Shown here: positions 24,031 through 33,136 of the stretch, in pieces | How positions within the stretch are numbered: the stretch's first letter is position 1 | How the letters are laid out: every line of letters starts with the position of its first letter | NCBI RefSeq assembly: GCF_042754765.1 | Contig: NZ_JBHZBH010000040.1 | Coordinates: 32,657 to 72,656, forward strand | From: Nonomuraea sp. NPDC059194 | Lineage (GTDB): Bacteria > Actinomycetota > Actinomycetes > Streptosporangiales > Streptosporangiaceae | DNA: 40,000 nt | Reading direction: 5' to 3' | The notes under the pieces: model-generated | The model's database searches: none | Told to the model about the DNA's origin: nothing | The model's input: the letters and a program-made list of their open reading frames with translations, nothing else | Made by a program: the position numbers and the translations under genes

Positions 24031-24252
24031 ATGCCCCTGCGGCTGCAGCCGGTGCAATCCCGTAAACACGAGCTCACCAGCTACGAGCACGCGCTTGCCG
24101 ACGAGCTGGAAGCCATCTTCGGCCACGGCGTGCACGACCTGTCCGGACTGGTCGCGGCACTGAACGAGACCGGCGTGCGTCCACCCGACGGCGCCGACTG
24201 GACCGAGGAGTCGTACACCGCCGAGATGGCGAGGCTGGGAGCTGCCGAATGA
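24031..24252 (+). CDS. Small conserved-looking protein of unknown function (73 aa)
   Basis: It is wedged between the reductase and oxygenase genes, and its stop overlaps the oxygenase start (ATGA at 24249-24252). It vaguely resembles the small 'recombinase-like HTH domain' proteins found beside Rieske oxygenases; this is recollection and low certainty. Confidence 0.4.
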   Translation: MPLRLQPVQSRKHELTSYEHALADELEAIFGHGVHDLSGLVAALNETGVRPPDGADWTEESYTAEMARLGAAE

Positions 24253-25268
24253 ACACCGTCGAGGACCTGATCCACCTGGGCCTGCGCGACAGGTGGTACG
24301 CCCTGTGTCCGTCGGAGCTGGTCAAGCGGGGCGAGCTGGTCCGGCTGGACCGGGCGGGCGAGGAACTGCTGCTGTGGCGGGACGCCGCGGGAGCCGTACA
24401 CGTCCAAGAAGACCGCTGCCCGCACCGCGGCGCCCGGTTGTCGCAGGGCGTGCACATGGGCGACCGGATCGCCTGCAACTACCACGGCGTGCAGATCGAC
24501 AAGGCGGGCGTGGTCGTCTCAGTGCCCGGCGTGCCCGGGTGCTCGCTGGAGGGCAAGCGCGCGCTGCGCACGTTCCCCGCGACCGACCACGCCGGAGCGG
24601 TGTTCGCCTGGTTCGGCGACGCCGAGGACGCCGAGCCGGTGCCGTTCGACGTTCCCGAGCAGCTCGCCGACGAGGAGTGGGACCACTTCCTGGCATACGT
24701 CGAGTGGGACGCACCCTGGGTTTACTCGCTCGACAACCTCATGGACCCCATGCACGGCGCGTTCCTGCACCGCAAGTCGCACACTATGGCGTCGGGCAAG
24801 CGGGAGGCGCTGTTCCAGATCAGGGACACCGACACCGGGTTCATCTTCGAGAAGACCGACCAGGTCGGCGTCAACTTCGACTGGTCGGAGTGGATCGACA
24901 CGGGCGCCCAGTGGGTCCGCCTGGAGATCCCCTACCGGGCGACGGCCGGGCCCGGCGGTCCCTTCACGATCGTGTGCACGGTCACGCCGATCAACCAGAC
25001 GCAGCAGGCCGCGTTCTTCTGGCGCTGCCGCAAGGTCAGCGGCTGGCAGCGCGACACCTGGCGGTTCCTCTACAAGGCCAGGCTGGAGGCCAGGCACTGG
25101 GAGGTCCTGGAACAGGACCGGGTGATGGAGGAGGCCATGCCGCTCGACGCCTGGTCGCGGGAGAACCTCTACCAGCACGACCTGGCCCTGGTACGGCTGC
25201 GCCGCATGATCCGCGGTGAGGCCCAGCGCCAGCTCGCCGCCCGCGAGGAACGGAAGGCCAAGGTATGA
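24249..25268 (+). CDS. Rieske non-heme-iron oxygenase, catalytic subunit (class IA, homo-oligomeric alpha type)
   Basis: The Rieske motif is CPHRGARLSQGVHMGDRIACNYHG, and the mononuclear iron motif is DPMHGAFLH. At 339 aa and with no beta-subunit gene nearby, it fits the phthalate/VanA/KshA-like family. Confidence 0.85.
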   Translation: MNTVEDLIHLGLRDRWYALCPSELVKRGELVRLDRAGEELLLWRDAAGAVHVQEDRCPHRGARLSQGVHMGDRIACNYHGVQIDKAGVVVSVPGVPGCSLEGKRALRTFPATDHAGAVFAWFGDAEDAEPVPFDVPEQLADEEWDHFLAYVEWDAPWVYSLDNLMDPMHGAFLHRKSHTMASGKREALFQIRDTDTGFIFEKTDQVGVNFDWSEWIDTGAQWVRLEIPYRATAGPGGPFTIVCTVTPINQTQQAAFFWRCRKVSGWQRDTWRFLYKARLEARHWEVLEQDRVMEEAMPLDAWSRENLYQHDLALVRLRRMIRGEAQRQLAAREERKAKV

Positions 25269-26182
25269 ACCAGCCCGTAGCGCGCCTGCGCACGCTGCGC
25301 AGCGTTGCCCTGCGCACGCCAGACGCGGCCGACGCGGCCGAGTTCTATCGGCACGTGTGGGGCCTGGATCCGGTCGAGCAGGACGGCGGGGTCACCTGGC
25401 TACGCGGCACCGGTCAGGAGCACCACATCCTGGAGCTGCGCGAGGCTGAGCAGAACGCGCTCGGCAAGATCGCGTTCGCGGTGGGCGCGCCGCGCGACGT
25501 CGACGAGGCCGCGCGCAGGCTCGCCGCGCTCGGCATCCCGCTCGTGACCGAGCCCGGCCCGCTCGACCAGGCAGGCGGCGGGTACGGCCTGCGATTCCCC
25601 GACCCTGAGGGACGGCTGATCGAGCTGTCCTGCGAGGTCGAGGCCGTCGTGCCCAGAGACATCGACGGGCGCGAGGCCGTGCCGAGGAAGCTCGCCCATG
25701 TCGTGCTCAACACCGTCGACCTCGACGCGGCCTGCAAGTTCTACACCACCGTGCTCGGCATGCGGATCTCCGATTGGTCCGAGCACCAGATGGCGTTCCT
25801 GCGCTGCAACGCCGACCACCACGTGATCGCCTTCAACCAGGCGTCGTGGACGTCGGTCAACCACATGGCCTACGAGATGCCGTCGATCGACCACTTCATG
25901 CGCGGCATCGGCCGCCTGAGGCACCACGGTGTCACCCCGCTGTGGGGCCCCGGCCGCCACGGCCCCGGCAACAACACCTTCTCCTACTTCGCCGACCCGG
26001 CCGGGCTGGTCTGCGAGTACACCTCCGAGGTGGAGCAGGTCCAGGAGGACGCCTGGTTGTGCCGGGTCTGGCGTCGGGTGCCCGAACTGGCGGACCTCTG
26101 GGGGACGGCCGGGCCGCCGTCCAAGGACGTGCGCTCGCACATGGCCGGAATCCCCGACTCCGGCCATTGGTGGGAGAAGTGA
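25265..26182 (+). CDS. Two-domain VOC-family extradiol ring-cleavage dioxygenase
   Basis: 305 aa with a 4-nt overlap to the oxygenase gene. It has two glyoxalase/VOC modules (..LRSVALRTPD..FY; ..KLAHVVLNTVDLDAACKFY..) and conserved H...H...E-type positions (HH..AF, NHMAYE, CEYT). Confidence 0.8.
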   Translation: MNQPVARLRTLRSVALRTPDAADAAEFYRHVWGLDPVEQDGGVTWLRGTGQEHHILELREAEQNALGKIAFAVGAPRDVDEAARRLAALGIPLVTEPGPLDQAGGGYGLRFPDPEGRLIELSCEVEAVVPRDIDGREAVPRKLAHVVLNTVDLDAACKFYTTVLGMRISDWSEHQMAFLRCNADHHVIAFNQASWTSVNHMAYEMPSIDHFMRGIGRLRHHGVTPLWGPGRHGPGNNTFSYFADPAGLVCEYTSEVEQVQEDAWLCRVWRRVPELADLWGTAGPPSKDVRSHMAGIPDSGHWWEK

Positions 26183-26196
26183 CGCCCGTGGGGGAG

Positions 26197-26964
26197 ATGA
26201 TGCCGGAGAACGAGCCAAGCGGTGACCTCCCCGGTCCGGCCCCTTCGCGCAGGCTCTGCGTCGCGATCGTCGGCCGGGGCGCCATCGGCAGCGTGGTGAT
26301 CTCCGCGCTGGAAGCGGGGGAGATCCCCCGAGCTCGGCTGGTCGCGACCGTGGATATCGGCGACCGCCTCGAAGACGCCATCGAGGCCGCGGATCTCGTG
26401 GTCGAATGCGCGGGACAGCGGGCTCTGGCCGAGATCGGCCCGAAGGTGGTCGCGGCGGGCAAGGACCTGCTGGTGGTCTCCATCGGCGCGTTCACCGATG
26501 ACGCCCTGCTTGCCGGGCTCCGCGAAGGCCCCGGCCGTGTCCACCTGACCTCCGGCGCCATCGGCGGCCTGGACCTGCTACGGGCGGCCTCCCGGATGGC
26601 CCCCCTGGACAGGATCCGCATCATCACCACCAAGAAACCGGCCACGCTCGGCGTCCCCGACGTCGGACAGCCCGTGGAGGTCATGCGCGGACCGGCCCGC
26701 GAGATCGCGGCCGCTTTCCCCAAGTCCACCAACGTCGCCGCCGCCGTCGCCCTCGCGGTCGGCTCCCTCGACCTGGTCGAGGCCGTCGTCGTGGCCGACC
26801 CCGCCGCCACCCTCACCTCTCACGTGATCGAGGCGCACGGCGCCTCCGGTGACTACCGCTTCGAGATCCGCAACCACCCCTCCACCGACAACCCCGCGAG
26901 TAGCCGGATCGTCCCCTACGCCGTCCTGTCCGCGATCGAGGAACTGTCCCGATGCCTGCCCTGA
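26197..26964 (+). CDS. Aspartate-dehydrogenase-like (NadX/DUF108) NAD(P)-dependent dehydrogenase
   Basis: It has an N-terminal Rossmann motif (VAIVGRGAIGS) and a C-terminal ..SGAIGGLD..NVAAAVALA.. region typical of the NadX family. The start is uncertain: ATG 26197/26200, GTG 26188 or GTG 26179. Confidence 0.65.
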   Translation: MMPENEPSGDLPGPAPSRRLCVAIVGRGAIGSVVISALEAGEIPRARLVATVDIGDRLEDAIEAADLVVECAGQRALAEIGPKVVAAGKDLLVVSIGAFTDDALLAGLREGPGRVHLTSGAIGGLDLLRAASRMAPLDRIRIITTKKPATLGVPDVGQPVEVMRGPAREIAAAFPKSTNVAAAVALAVGSLDLVEAVVVADPAATLTSHVIEAHGASGDYRFEIRNHPSTDNPASSRIVPYAVLSAIEELSRCLP

Positions 26965-27034
26965 TCACCACCTGCGCGCCGGCCGATCCCGGACGGGGCA
27001 GCGGACGGCGCATCGGCGGGGAGGAGACGGCCTG

Positions 27035-27784
27035 ATGGGCATCCATGTGATCGATACCGGGGGGACCGGTGTTCCCGTCCTGCTGTTGCACGGGATCGGC
27101 GGCAGCGCCGAGTCCTTCGTGGACCAGATCCCCGCACTGTCGGCGTGCTTCCGGGTCCTGGCCTGGGACGCCCCCGGCTATTTCCGCTCCGACGATCTTG
27201 CCGCTGTGGAACCTGACATGTCGGTATACGCGGCCCATGCCGCTGCCCTGCTGCCGGTCCCCGCGCACGTGATCGGGGTGTCCTGGGGCGGGGTCATCGC
27301 GACCCGGCTCGCGGTGGAGCACCCCGGATTGGTGCGGTCGCTCGTGCTGGCCGACTCCACCCGGGGCTCCGGCCGTACCGCGGAGCAGGCAGCCGCCATG
27401 CGCGCCCGCGCAGTGGAGTTGGAGCAGGTCGGGGCGGCGGCGTTCGCCAGGGCCCGGGGCCCGCGCCTGGTGTCCCCGCAGGCGGCGCCCGAGCTGGTGG
27501 ACCGGGTGGTGACCGCGATGGAGCAGTCGATCCGCCTGCCCGGTTACCGCCATGCGGCCGCCTCGATGGCCGGGACCGACCACGATGACGTGCTCGGCTC
27601 CATCACCGCTCCCACCCTGGTCGTCGTCGGCGACCAGGACACCGTCACCGGTGTGGCGGAGAGCGAGGCCATCGCGGCTGCCGTCCCCGGCGCGCGGCTC
27701 GCGATCATCGAGGGCGCGGGCCACCTGGCCAACCAGGAACGGCCCGAGGAGTTCAACCGGCTGATCCTGGAGTTCCTGCGATGA
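27035..27784 (+). CDS. Alpha/beta-fold hydrolase (meta-cleavage-product-hydrolase-like)
   Basis: Start at ATG 27035 after GGGGAGGAG. It has the HG oxyanion motif (LLLHGIGGS), a nucleophile elbow (GVSWGG), and the C-terminal GDQD and AGH motifs of the catalytic triad. Confidence 0.85.
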   Translation: MGIHVIDTGGTGVPVLLLHGIGGSAESFVDQIPALSACFRVLAWDAPGYFRSDDLAAVEPDMSVYAAHAAALLPVPAHVIGVSWGGVIATRLAVEHPGLVRSLVLADSTRGSGRTAEQAAAMRARAVELEQVGAAAFARARGPRLVSPQAAPELVDRVVTAMEQSIRLPGYRHAAASMAGTDHDDVLGSITAPTLVVVGDQDTVTGVAESEAIAAAVPGARLAIIEGAGHLANQERPEEFNRLILEFLR

Positions 27785-28566
27785 GTCCTGCTGCGAACCA
27801 CCCCGGATTGGTGGCTCAGGGACACGTCCTCGGTGGACGGCTCGTCGTCGTGACAGGGGCAGGGAGAGGCCTCGGGTTTGAGATCGCGAAGGCGGCCGGC
27901 CTGGCCGGGGCGAGGGTCGTTCTGGCGGAAGTGGACGGGGAACGGGCCGCCAAAGCGCACGCCACGCTGGTCGGCGAGGGTGTCGAGGTTCATCGTGTCG
28001 ACACTGACGTGGCCGATCCGGTCTCGGTGGCTCGGCTGGCGGGCGCGGTTGCCGACCTCGGCGGCGCCTACGGGCTGGTCAACAACGCCGCCCTGGCCGA
28101 CGGCGTCGGCGGCAGGCCGTTCCACGAGATCGACGTCGCGGACTGGGACCGGCTGATGACGGTCAACATCCGCGGCCCCTGGCTGGTGGCCCGCGCCCTG
28201 TTCCCGCGCATGACCCGGCCCGGCCGCATCCTCAACCTGGCTTCGGACGCCGCGTTCTACGGCTCTCCGAGGCTGGCGCACTACGTCACCTCCAAGGGTG
28301 CGCTGATCGCGATGACCAGGGCGCTCGCCCGGGATGCCGGGCCGTACGACATCACCGTCAACGCGCTCGCCCCCGGCCTCACCGAAGGCGAGGCCGCCGA
28401 GCGCATTCCCGCCGAACGCCACGAGCTCTATCGCGCGGGCCGCGCGCTCGCCCGCCCGCAACGGGCCGACGACCTCACCGGGGCCGTCGTGTTCCTCCTG
28501 TCCGATGCCGCGTCGTACATCACCGGGCAGACGCTCGTGGTGGACGGCGGGTTCGTCTTCCACTGA
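27781..28566 (+). CDS. Short-chain dehydrogenase/reductase (SDR)
   Basis: It has the TGAGRGLG cofactor motif, NNAA, and the catalytic S...YVTSK. There is a 4-nt overlap with the hydrolase gene. Confidence 0.9.
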   Translation: MSPAANHPGLVAQGHVLGGRLVVVTGAGRGLGFEIAKAAGLAGARVVLAEVDGERAAKAHATLVGEGVEVHRVDTDVADPVSVARLAGAVADLGGAYGLVNNAALADGVGGRPFHEIDVADWDRLMTVNIRGPWLVARALFPRMTRPGRILNLASDAAFYGSPRLAHYVTSKGALIAMTRALARDAGPYDITVNALAPGLTEGEAAERIPAERHELYRAGRALARPQRADDLTGAVVFLLSDAASYITGQTLVVDGGFVFH

Positions 28567-28575
28567 GGGGCTGTC

Positions 28576-29355
28576 ATGGATCTCGGCCTGACCGGACGCA
28601 CCTACCTGGTGACCGGAGCCAGCTCGGGCGTCGGTCTCGCGACCGCCGAGCTGTTGCTCGGCGAGGGCGCCAACGTGATCGCCTGCGCCAGGGACGGCGT
28701 ACGGCTGGCGCAGGCGCTGGAGCCGCTGCCCCGCGCAACGGGCGCCAGAGTGGTCGCCGAATCGTGCGACGTCTTGGACGCCGAGGCCGTGGCCGGGTTC
28801 GTCGCCCGCGCGGGGGCGGACCTGGGCGGCCTGGACGGCGTGGTGAACAACGCCGGCCGCTCCCTGATGGCATCGGTCGCGGACACGACGGCGGAGCAGT
28901 GGCGTGAGGAGTTCGACCTGAAGATCTTCGCGGTGCTGAACACGGTTCGCGCCGCGGAGCCGTACCTGCGCAGGTCGCGGGCGGGAGCGGTCGTCAACGT
29001 CAACGCAATTCTGGCCCGCCAGCCCGAGCCCCGGCTGGCCGCCACCTCCGCGGCCCGCGCGGCGCTGCTCAACCTCACCCGGACCCTGGCCGCCGACCTC
29101 GCCCCGGTCCGGGTGAACTCGGTCTGCCTCGGGCTCATCGACACCGGCCAGTGGCGGCGCCGTTTCGAGGCCGTCGGCGCACTGTCCTACGAGGAGTGGT
29201 CGGCCGAGGTGGCCGCCGACCGGGGCGTCGCGCTCGGCAGGCTCGGTCGAGCCGAGGAGGTCGCCTACCCCATCGTCGCGCTGCTCTCGCCGCGCGCGTC
29301 CTACATCACCGGTTCGTCCATCGACGTCGGCGGAGGAGTTGCGAGATATGTCTAA
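28576..29355 (+). CDS. Short-chain dehydrogenase/reductase (SDR)
   Basis: It has the TGASSGVG cofactor motif and NNAG, with SDR-typical length. The usual YxxxK region is replaced by ..ATSAARAA.., so it may be an atypical SDR. Confidence 0.85.
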   Translation: MDLGLTGRTYLVTGASSGVGLATAELLLGEGANVIACARDGVRLAQALEPLPRATGARVVAESCDVLDAEAVAGFVARAGADLGGLDGVVNNAGRSLMASVADTTAEQWREEFDLKIFAVLNTVRAAEPYLRRSRAGAVVNVNAILARQPEPRLAATSAARAALLNLTRTLAADLAPVRVNSVCLGLIDTGQWRRRFEAVGALSYEEWSAEVAADRGVALGRLGRAEEVAYPIVALLSPRASYITGSSIDVGGGVARYV

Positions 29356-30970
29356 CGGTGGTGACCTGCTGGTCCAGATCCTGCGGGAAAACGGCGTCGA
29401 CACCGTCTTCGGCGTGATCAGCGTGCACAACCTGCCCTTGGTCGAGGCCGTGGACCGGGAGCTGCGATTCGTCGCCGTCCGGCACGAGGCCGCGGCGGTC
29501 AACGCCGCCGACGGCTACGCCCGGGCGAGCGGCGGCCTCGGCTGCGCGCTGACCAGCACAGGCACCGGCGCCGGCAACGCCGCCGGATCCCTGATCGAGG
29601 CGCTCAGCGCGGGCAGCCGGGTGCTCCATGTGACCGGGCAGATCGACAGCGGCCACCTCGGCCAGGGCCGCGGCGTCATCCACGAGACCAAAGACCAGCT
29701 CGGCATGCTGACCGCGGTCTCCAAACACGCCGTCACGGTGCCCTCCGCCGGAGAGGCCGGCGCCATCCTGCGCGAGGCGGTACGGCGGGCATTGGCCAGG
29801 CCGTACGGCCCGGCCAGCGTGGAGTGGCCGATCGACCTGCAGTACGCCGCGCAGGAGGTGACCTCCGGGACAGCGGGGAGCTCGCCCGTGCCCGCCGCGG
29901 ACCCGGATCGGGTCGGGGAAGCCGCGCGGGTCATCCGGGCTGCCCGGCGTCCGGTCATCTGGGCCGGGGGCGGCGCCAAGGAGGCGGGACCGGAGCTGCG
30001 CGAGTTCGCACAGCTGCTCGGCGCGCCGATCTTCACCTCGAACGCCGGGCGCGGGGCGGTGTCCGAGGACCACGAGCTGGTCGTCGGCAACTTCGCCGTG
30101 AACCCCGCCGCGGCGTCCTTGCTCGCGGATGCGGATCTACTGATCAGCATTGGCACGCATTTCCGGTCGAACGAGACCAAGCACTACAAGCTGGCGCTGC
30201 CCGAGCGGCACGTGCAGATCGACCTCGACCCGGCTGCCCTGGGGCGGGTGTACCCCGCCACGGTGGGGGTTTGCGGCGACGCCGCCGACGCGCTTGCCGC
30301 CCTGGCAGGCGAGTTGTCATCGGGAGTGTCGACCGAGGAGGGCTGGCACGACCGCGCGGTGCAGACGCGGCAGGCGGTCAGACAGCGCCTACGCGCCGAC
30401 ATCGGGAAATATGCACTCATCTGCGACGCGATGCGGGAGCACCTGGACCCGCGCTCGCCGATCGCCAGGGACGTGACGATCCCCTCCAGCCAGTGGGGCA
30501 ACCGCCTACTGCCGATCCACGACCCGGCCACCAACATCTTCCCGCTCGGCGGGGGCATCGGTCAGGGCCTGGCCACCGGCATCGGAGCCGCGCTCGCCCG
30601 GCCTGACGTGCCCACCGCGGTGATCGCCGGAGACGGGGGCCTCGCCGTCCACCTCGGGGAGCTCGCCACGCTGGCCCAGGAGCGCCCCTGGCTGGTCCTG
30701 GTCGTGTTCAACGACGGCGGCTACGGCGTGCTGCGCAACATGCAGGAGGCCAGGGGCGTGGCCCGCTCGGGCGTCGACCTGTATACCCCGGACTTCCGGG
30801 CGCTCGCCGCGGCGATGGCGCTGCCATATGGCTTCGTAACCGCCGCCGAGGAGTTCCAGGAGGTGTTCGCGAAGGCGGTGGCCGCGCGCGAGCCGTACCT
30901 GATCGAGGTGGACGTCACCGCCGTCGGACCCACCCCCGTGCCCTTCGTCCCTCCCGTGGAGGTCAGATGA
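29348..30970 (+). CDS. Thiamine-diphosphate-dependent enzyme (acetolactate synthase/benzoylformate decarboxylase superfamily)
   Basis: Start taken at ATG 29348 (MSNGGDLLVQILRENGVDTVFGV), 9 nt after GGAGGAG. The ThDP-binding motif GDGGLAVHLGELATLAQERPWLVLVVFNDGGYG is present. The three-domain length is ~540 aa. Confidence 0.85.
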   Translation: MSNGGDLLVQILRENGVDTVFGVISVHNLPLVEAVDRELRFVAVRHEAAAVNAADGYARASGGLGCALTSTGTGAGNAAGSLIEALSAGSRVLHVTGQIDSGHLGQGRGVIHETKDQLGMLTAVSKHAVTVPSAGEAGAILREAVRRALARPYGPASVEWPIDLQYAAQEVTSGTAGSSPVPAADPDRVGEAARVIRAARRPVIWAGGGAKEAGPELREFAQLLGAPIFTSNAGRGAVSEDHELVVGNFAVNPAAASLLADADLLISIGTHFRSNETKHYKLALPERHVQIDLDPAALGRVYPATVGVCGDAADALAALAGELSSGVSTEEGWHDRAVQTRQAVRQRLRADIGKYALICDAMREHLDPRSPIARDVTIPSSQWGNRLLPIHDPATNIFPLGGGIGQGLATGIGAALARPDVPTAVIAGDGGLAVHLGELATLAQERPWLVLVVFNDGGYGVLRNMQEARGVARSGVDLYTPDFRALAAAMALPYGFVTAAEEFQEVFAKAVAAREPYLIEVDVTAVGPTPVPFVPPVEVR

Positions 30971-31668
30971 GCGTCCACCACGGCCCGGCGAACCGGGGCA
31001 GAAGAGTGCTGCGCACCGCGGCTCCGCTGTTCGTACGGGAGCCGTACGGCCCACCCGCGGGCGGCGCGATCGTGCTGCACGACGTGTTCGGTGTGACGGG
31101 CTACGCTGAGGCGGTGTGCCGCCTGCTGGCCCGCCAGGGCAGGCTCGCGGTATCGCCGTACCTGTACTACGAGAGCGGCGGCCCGGCCTTCGAGGCTGAC
31201 GAACTGACCGTCGCCCGGGCACACATGGACTCCCTGACGGCGCAGGATGTCGCCGCGGACGTATCGGCGGCACTGAACTACCTGGCCGGGCGAACCGTGG
31301 GGCCGGTGCTCGTCATCGGATTCAGCATGGGCGGCTACCTGGCCACCTGGACGGCGGCCCACCACGCCGTGCAAGCCGCGATCGCGGTCAGCCCGTCCGG
31401 CCCCTGGGCGGGCATGCCCCCGCCCGAGGTCCTGGTCGCGGACCGCAGATCGCCGTGGCTCGGGGTGGTCGGCGAGTCCGACCTGTTGGTCGACGCCGAT
31501 CTGCTCGGGATGGCCACGTCAACTCCCGGGCCGCCCGCGGCGCTGGAAAGGATCTCCGGTGCCGGGCACGGTTTCTACCGCGCGGGACGCCCGAGGTATG
31601 ACGCCGAAGCGGAAGAGGAATCATGGCGTCGAATCTGCCGCTTCCTGCAGAAAAACACTTTGCCCTAA
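30967..31668 (+). CDS. Dienelactone-hydrolase-family protein
   Basis: 233 aa with a 4-nt overlap to the ThDP gene. It has the DLH-like layout (..IVLHDVFGVTGY..; nucleophile elbow GFSMGG with Ser where classical DLH has Cys; C-terminal ..GAGHGF). Confidence 0.65.
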   Translation: MSVHHGPANRGRRVLRTAAPLFVREPYGPPAGGAIVLHDVFGVTGYAEAVCRLLARQGRLAVSPYLYYESGGPAFEADELTVARAHMDSLTAQDVAADVSAALNYLAGRTVGPVLVIGFSMGGYLATWTAAHHAVQAAIAVSPSGPWAGMPPPEVLVADRRSPWLGVVGESDLLVDADLLGMATSTPGPPAALERISGAGHGFYRAGRPRYDAEAEEESWRRICRFLQKNTLP

Positions 31669-31672
31669 ACTA

Positions 31673-31701
31673 TTGACCCCTAAGGTATCGCGGCCTATTG
31701 T
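31673..31701 (+). promoter_or_regulatory. Candidate sigma70-type promoter for the MFS gene
   Basis: TTGACC (31673-31678), a 17-nt spacer, then TATTGT (31696-31701). The -10 hexamer ends 33 nt upstream of ATG 31735. GGAAGGA lies at 31720-31726. Confidence 0.45.
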
Positions 31702-31734
31702 CTCGGCAACGCTCGTCCACGGAAGGAACCCCCC

Positions 31735-33099
31735 ATGACGACCGTGTCCCCCGACTCTTCGGTCGCGTCGATCGCGGCGCGGCTCGAGCGGTTGCCCAAC
31801 TCCCTGTGGCACCTGAAGGTGCGCACGCTGATCGGAGTCGTCACCTTCTTCGAGGCCTTCGACCAGCTGCTCGTGGCCTCCGCCCTCCCGTTGCTGATCA
31901 AGGAATGGCAGCTCACCACCGGCCAGATCACCCTGGCCATCACGAGCGGCTCGGTCGGCATGCTGCTCGGGGCGCTGGCCGCGGGCTGGGCGGCCGACCG
32001 GATCGGCCGCGTCCGCGTGGTCATCCTGGCAGTCGCGCTCACCGCGGTGTCCAGCCTGGCGATCGCCTTCGCGCCCGGCTTCGCGGTCTTCGCACTGCTG
32101 CGCTTCGTCCAGGGCTTCGGCATCGGCGCCGAGGTGCCGGTCGCGGCCACCTATGTCAACGAGATCGCCAAGGCCAAGAACCGCGGCAGGTTCGTGCTCC
32201 TGTACGAGCTGGTCTTCCCCGCCGGCCTCACCGCCGCCACCGTCGTGGCCGCCTGGGTGGTCCCCAACTGGGGCTGGCGTGCCATGTTCCTGCTCGGCGC
32301 GATCCCCGCGCTCCTGGCGGTCTACCTCCAGCGCCGCATCCCCGAGTCGCCGCGTTGGCTCGCCACCAAGGGGCGGCTGGAGGAGGCCGACCGGGTGCTG
32401 TCCGGCATCGAGGCCGAGGTGGCGCGCTCCAAGCCGCTGCCCGAGCCCGAGCCCGTCACCCAGACGTCGGCCGCCGAGCGCAAGGCGGGCCTCCGAGACC
32501 TGTTCGCCGGGATCTACCTGCGGCGCACCATCGTGGTCTCGCTGCTCTGGTTCTTCGGCTACTTCGTGAACTACGGCATCACCGCCTGGCTGCCGACCTT
32601 GTACACCAAGGTCTTCAAGCTCGACCTGCAGACCGCGCTCAACTACAACCTGTTCACCAGCCTGGCCGGGCTGATCGGCTGCCTCGTCGTGGCCCTGGTC
32701 ATCGACCGCGTGGGCCGCAGGCTCTGCCTGGCAATGGGCCTCGGTGGCGCGGCGGTGGCGCTGTTCACGGTGGCCGTGCTGGGCGCCACCTCTGGCACCC
32801 AGGTCGCGGTGTTCGCCTCCTTGACGGCGATGTTCGTCTTCGCCACCAACGTCACCCTGTATCTGTACACGCCGGAGCTGTACCCGACCCGGAGCCGGGC
32901 CCTCGGCTGCGCGGCCGGCGGTGCCTGGAACCGGGTGGGCGTCATCGTCGGCCCCATCGTGGTCGGCGCCATCGTCGGCTCGGGCGGCAGCCCTTCGACG
33001 ATCTTCACGGTGCTCGGCGTGATGGCCCTCACCGGCGCGGTGGTCGCCCTCTTCGCGGTCGAGACCCGTGGGCGCACTCTGGAGCAGCTCAATCCCTGA
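31735..33099 (+). CDS. MFS transporter (metabolite/aromatic-acid:H+ symporter-like)
   Basis: 454 aa with 12 predicted hydrophobic segments. The MFS loop 2-3 motif is GWAADRIGRVRV, and a second-half motif is DRVGRR. Confidence 0.9.
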   Translation: MTTVSPDSSVASIAARLERLPNSLWHLKVRTLIGVVTFFEAFDQLLVASALPLLIKEWQLTTGQITLAITSGSVGMLLGALAAGWAADRIGRVRVVILAVALTAVSSLAIAFAPGFAVFALLRFVQGFGIGAEVPVAATYVNEIAKAKNRGRFVLLYELVFPAGLTAATVVAAWVVPNWGWRAMFLLGAIPALLAVYLQRRIPESPRWLATKGRLEEADRVLSGIEAEVARSKPLPEPEPVTQTSAAERKAGLRDLFAGIYLRRTIVVSLLWFFGYFVNYGITAWLPTLYTKVFKLDLQTALNYNLFTSLAGLIGCLVVALVIDRVGRRLCLAMGLGGAAVALFTVAVLGATSGTQVAVFASLTAMFVFATNVTLYLYTPELYPTRSRALGCAAGGAWNRVGVIVGPIVVGAIVGSGGSPSTIFTVLGVMALTGAVVALFAVETRGRTLEQLNP

Positions 33100-33106
33100 T
33101 CCCGGC

Positions 33107-33136
33107 GGTCCCCGTCCGCTCTGGCGAACGGGGACC
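33107..33136 (+). terminator. Stem-loop downstream of the MFS gene
   Basis: GGTCCCCGT / ACGGGGACC (9 bp) with an inner CGC/GCG extension around a TCTG loop, starting 8 nt after the stop codon. It is followed by tgtgctgg, a weak U-tract. Confidence 0.5.
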
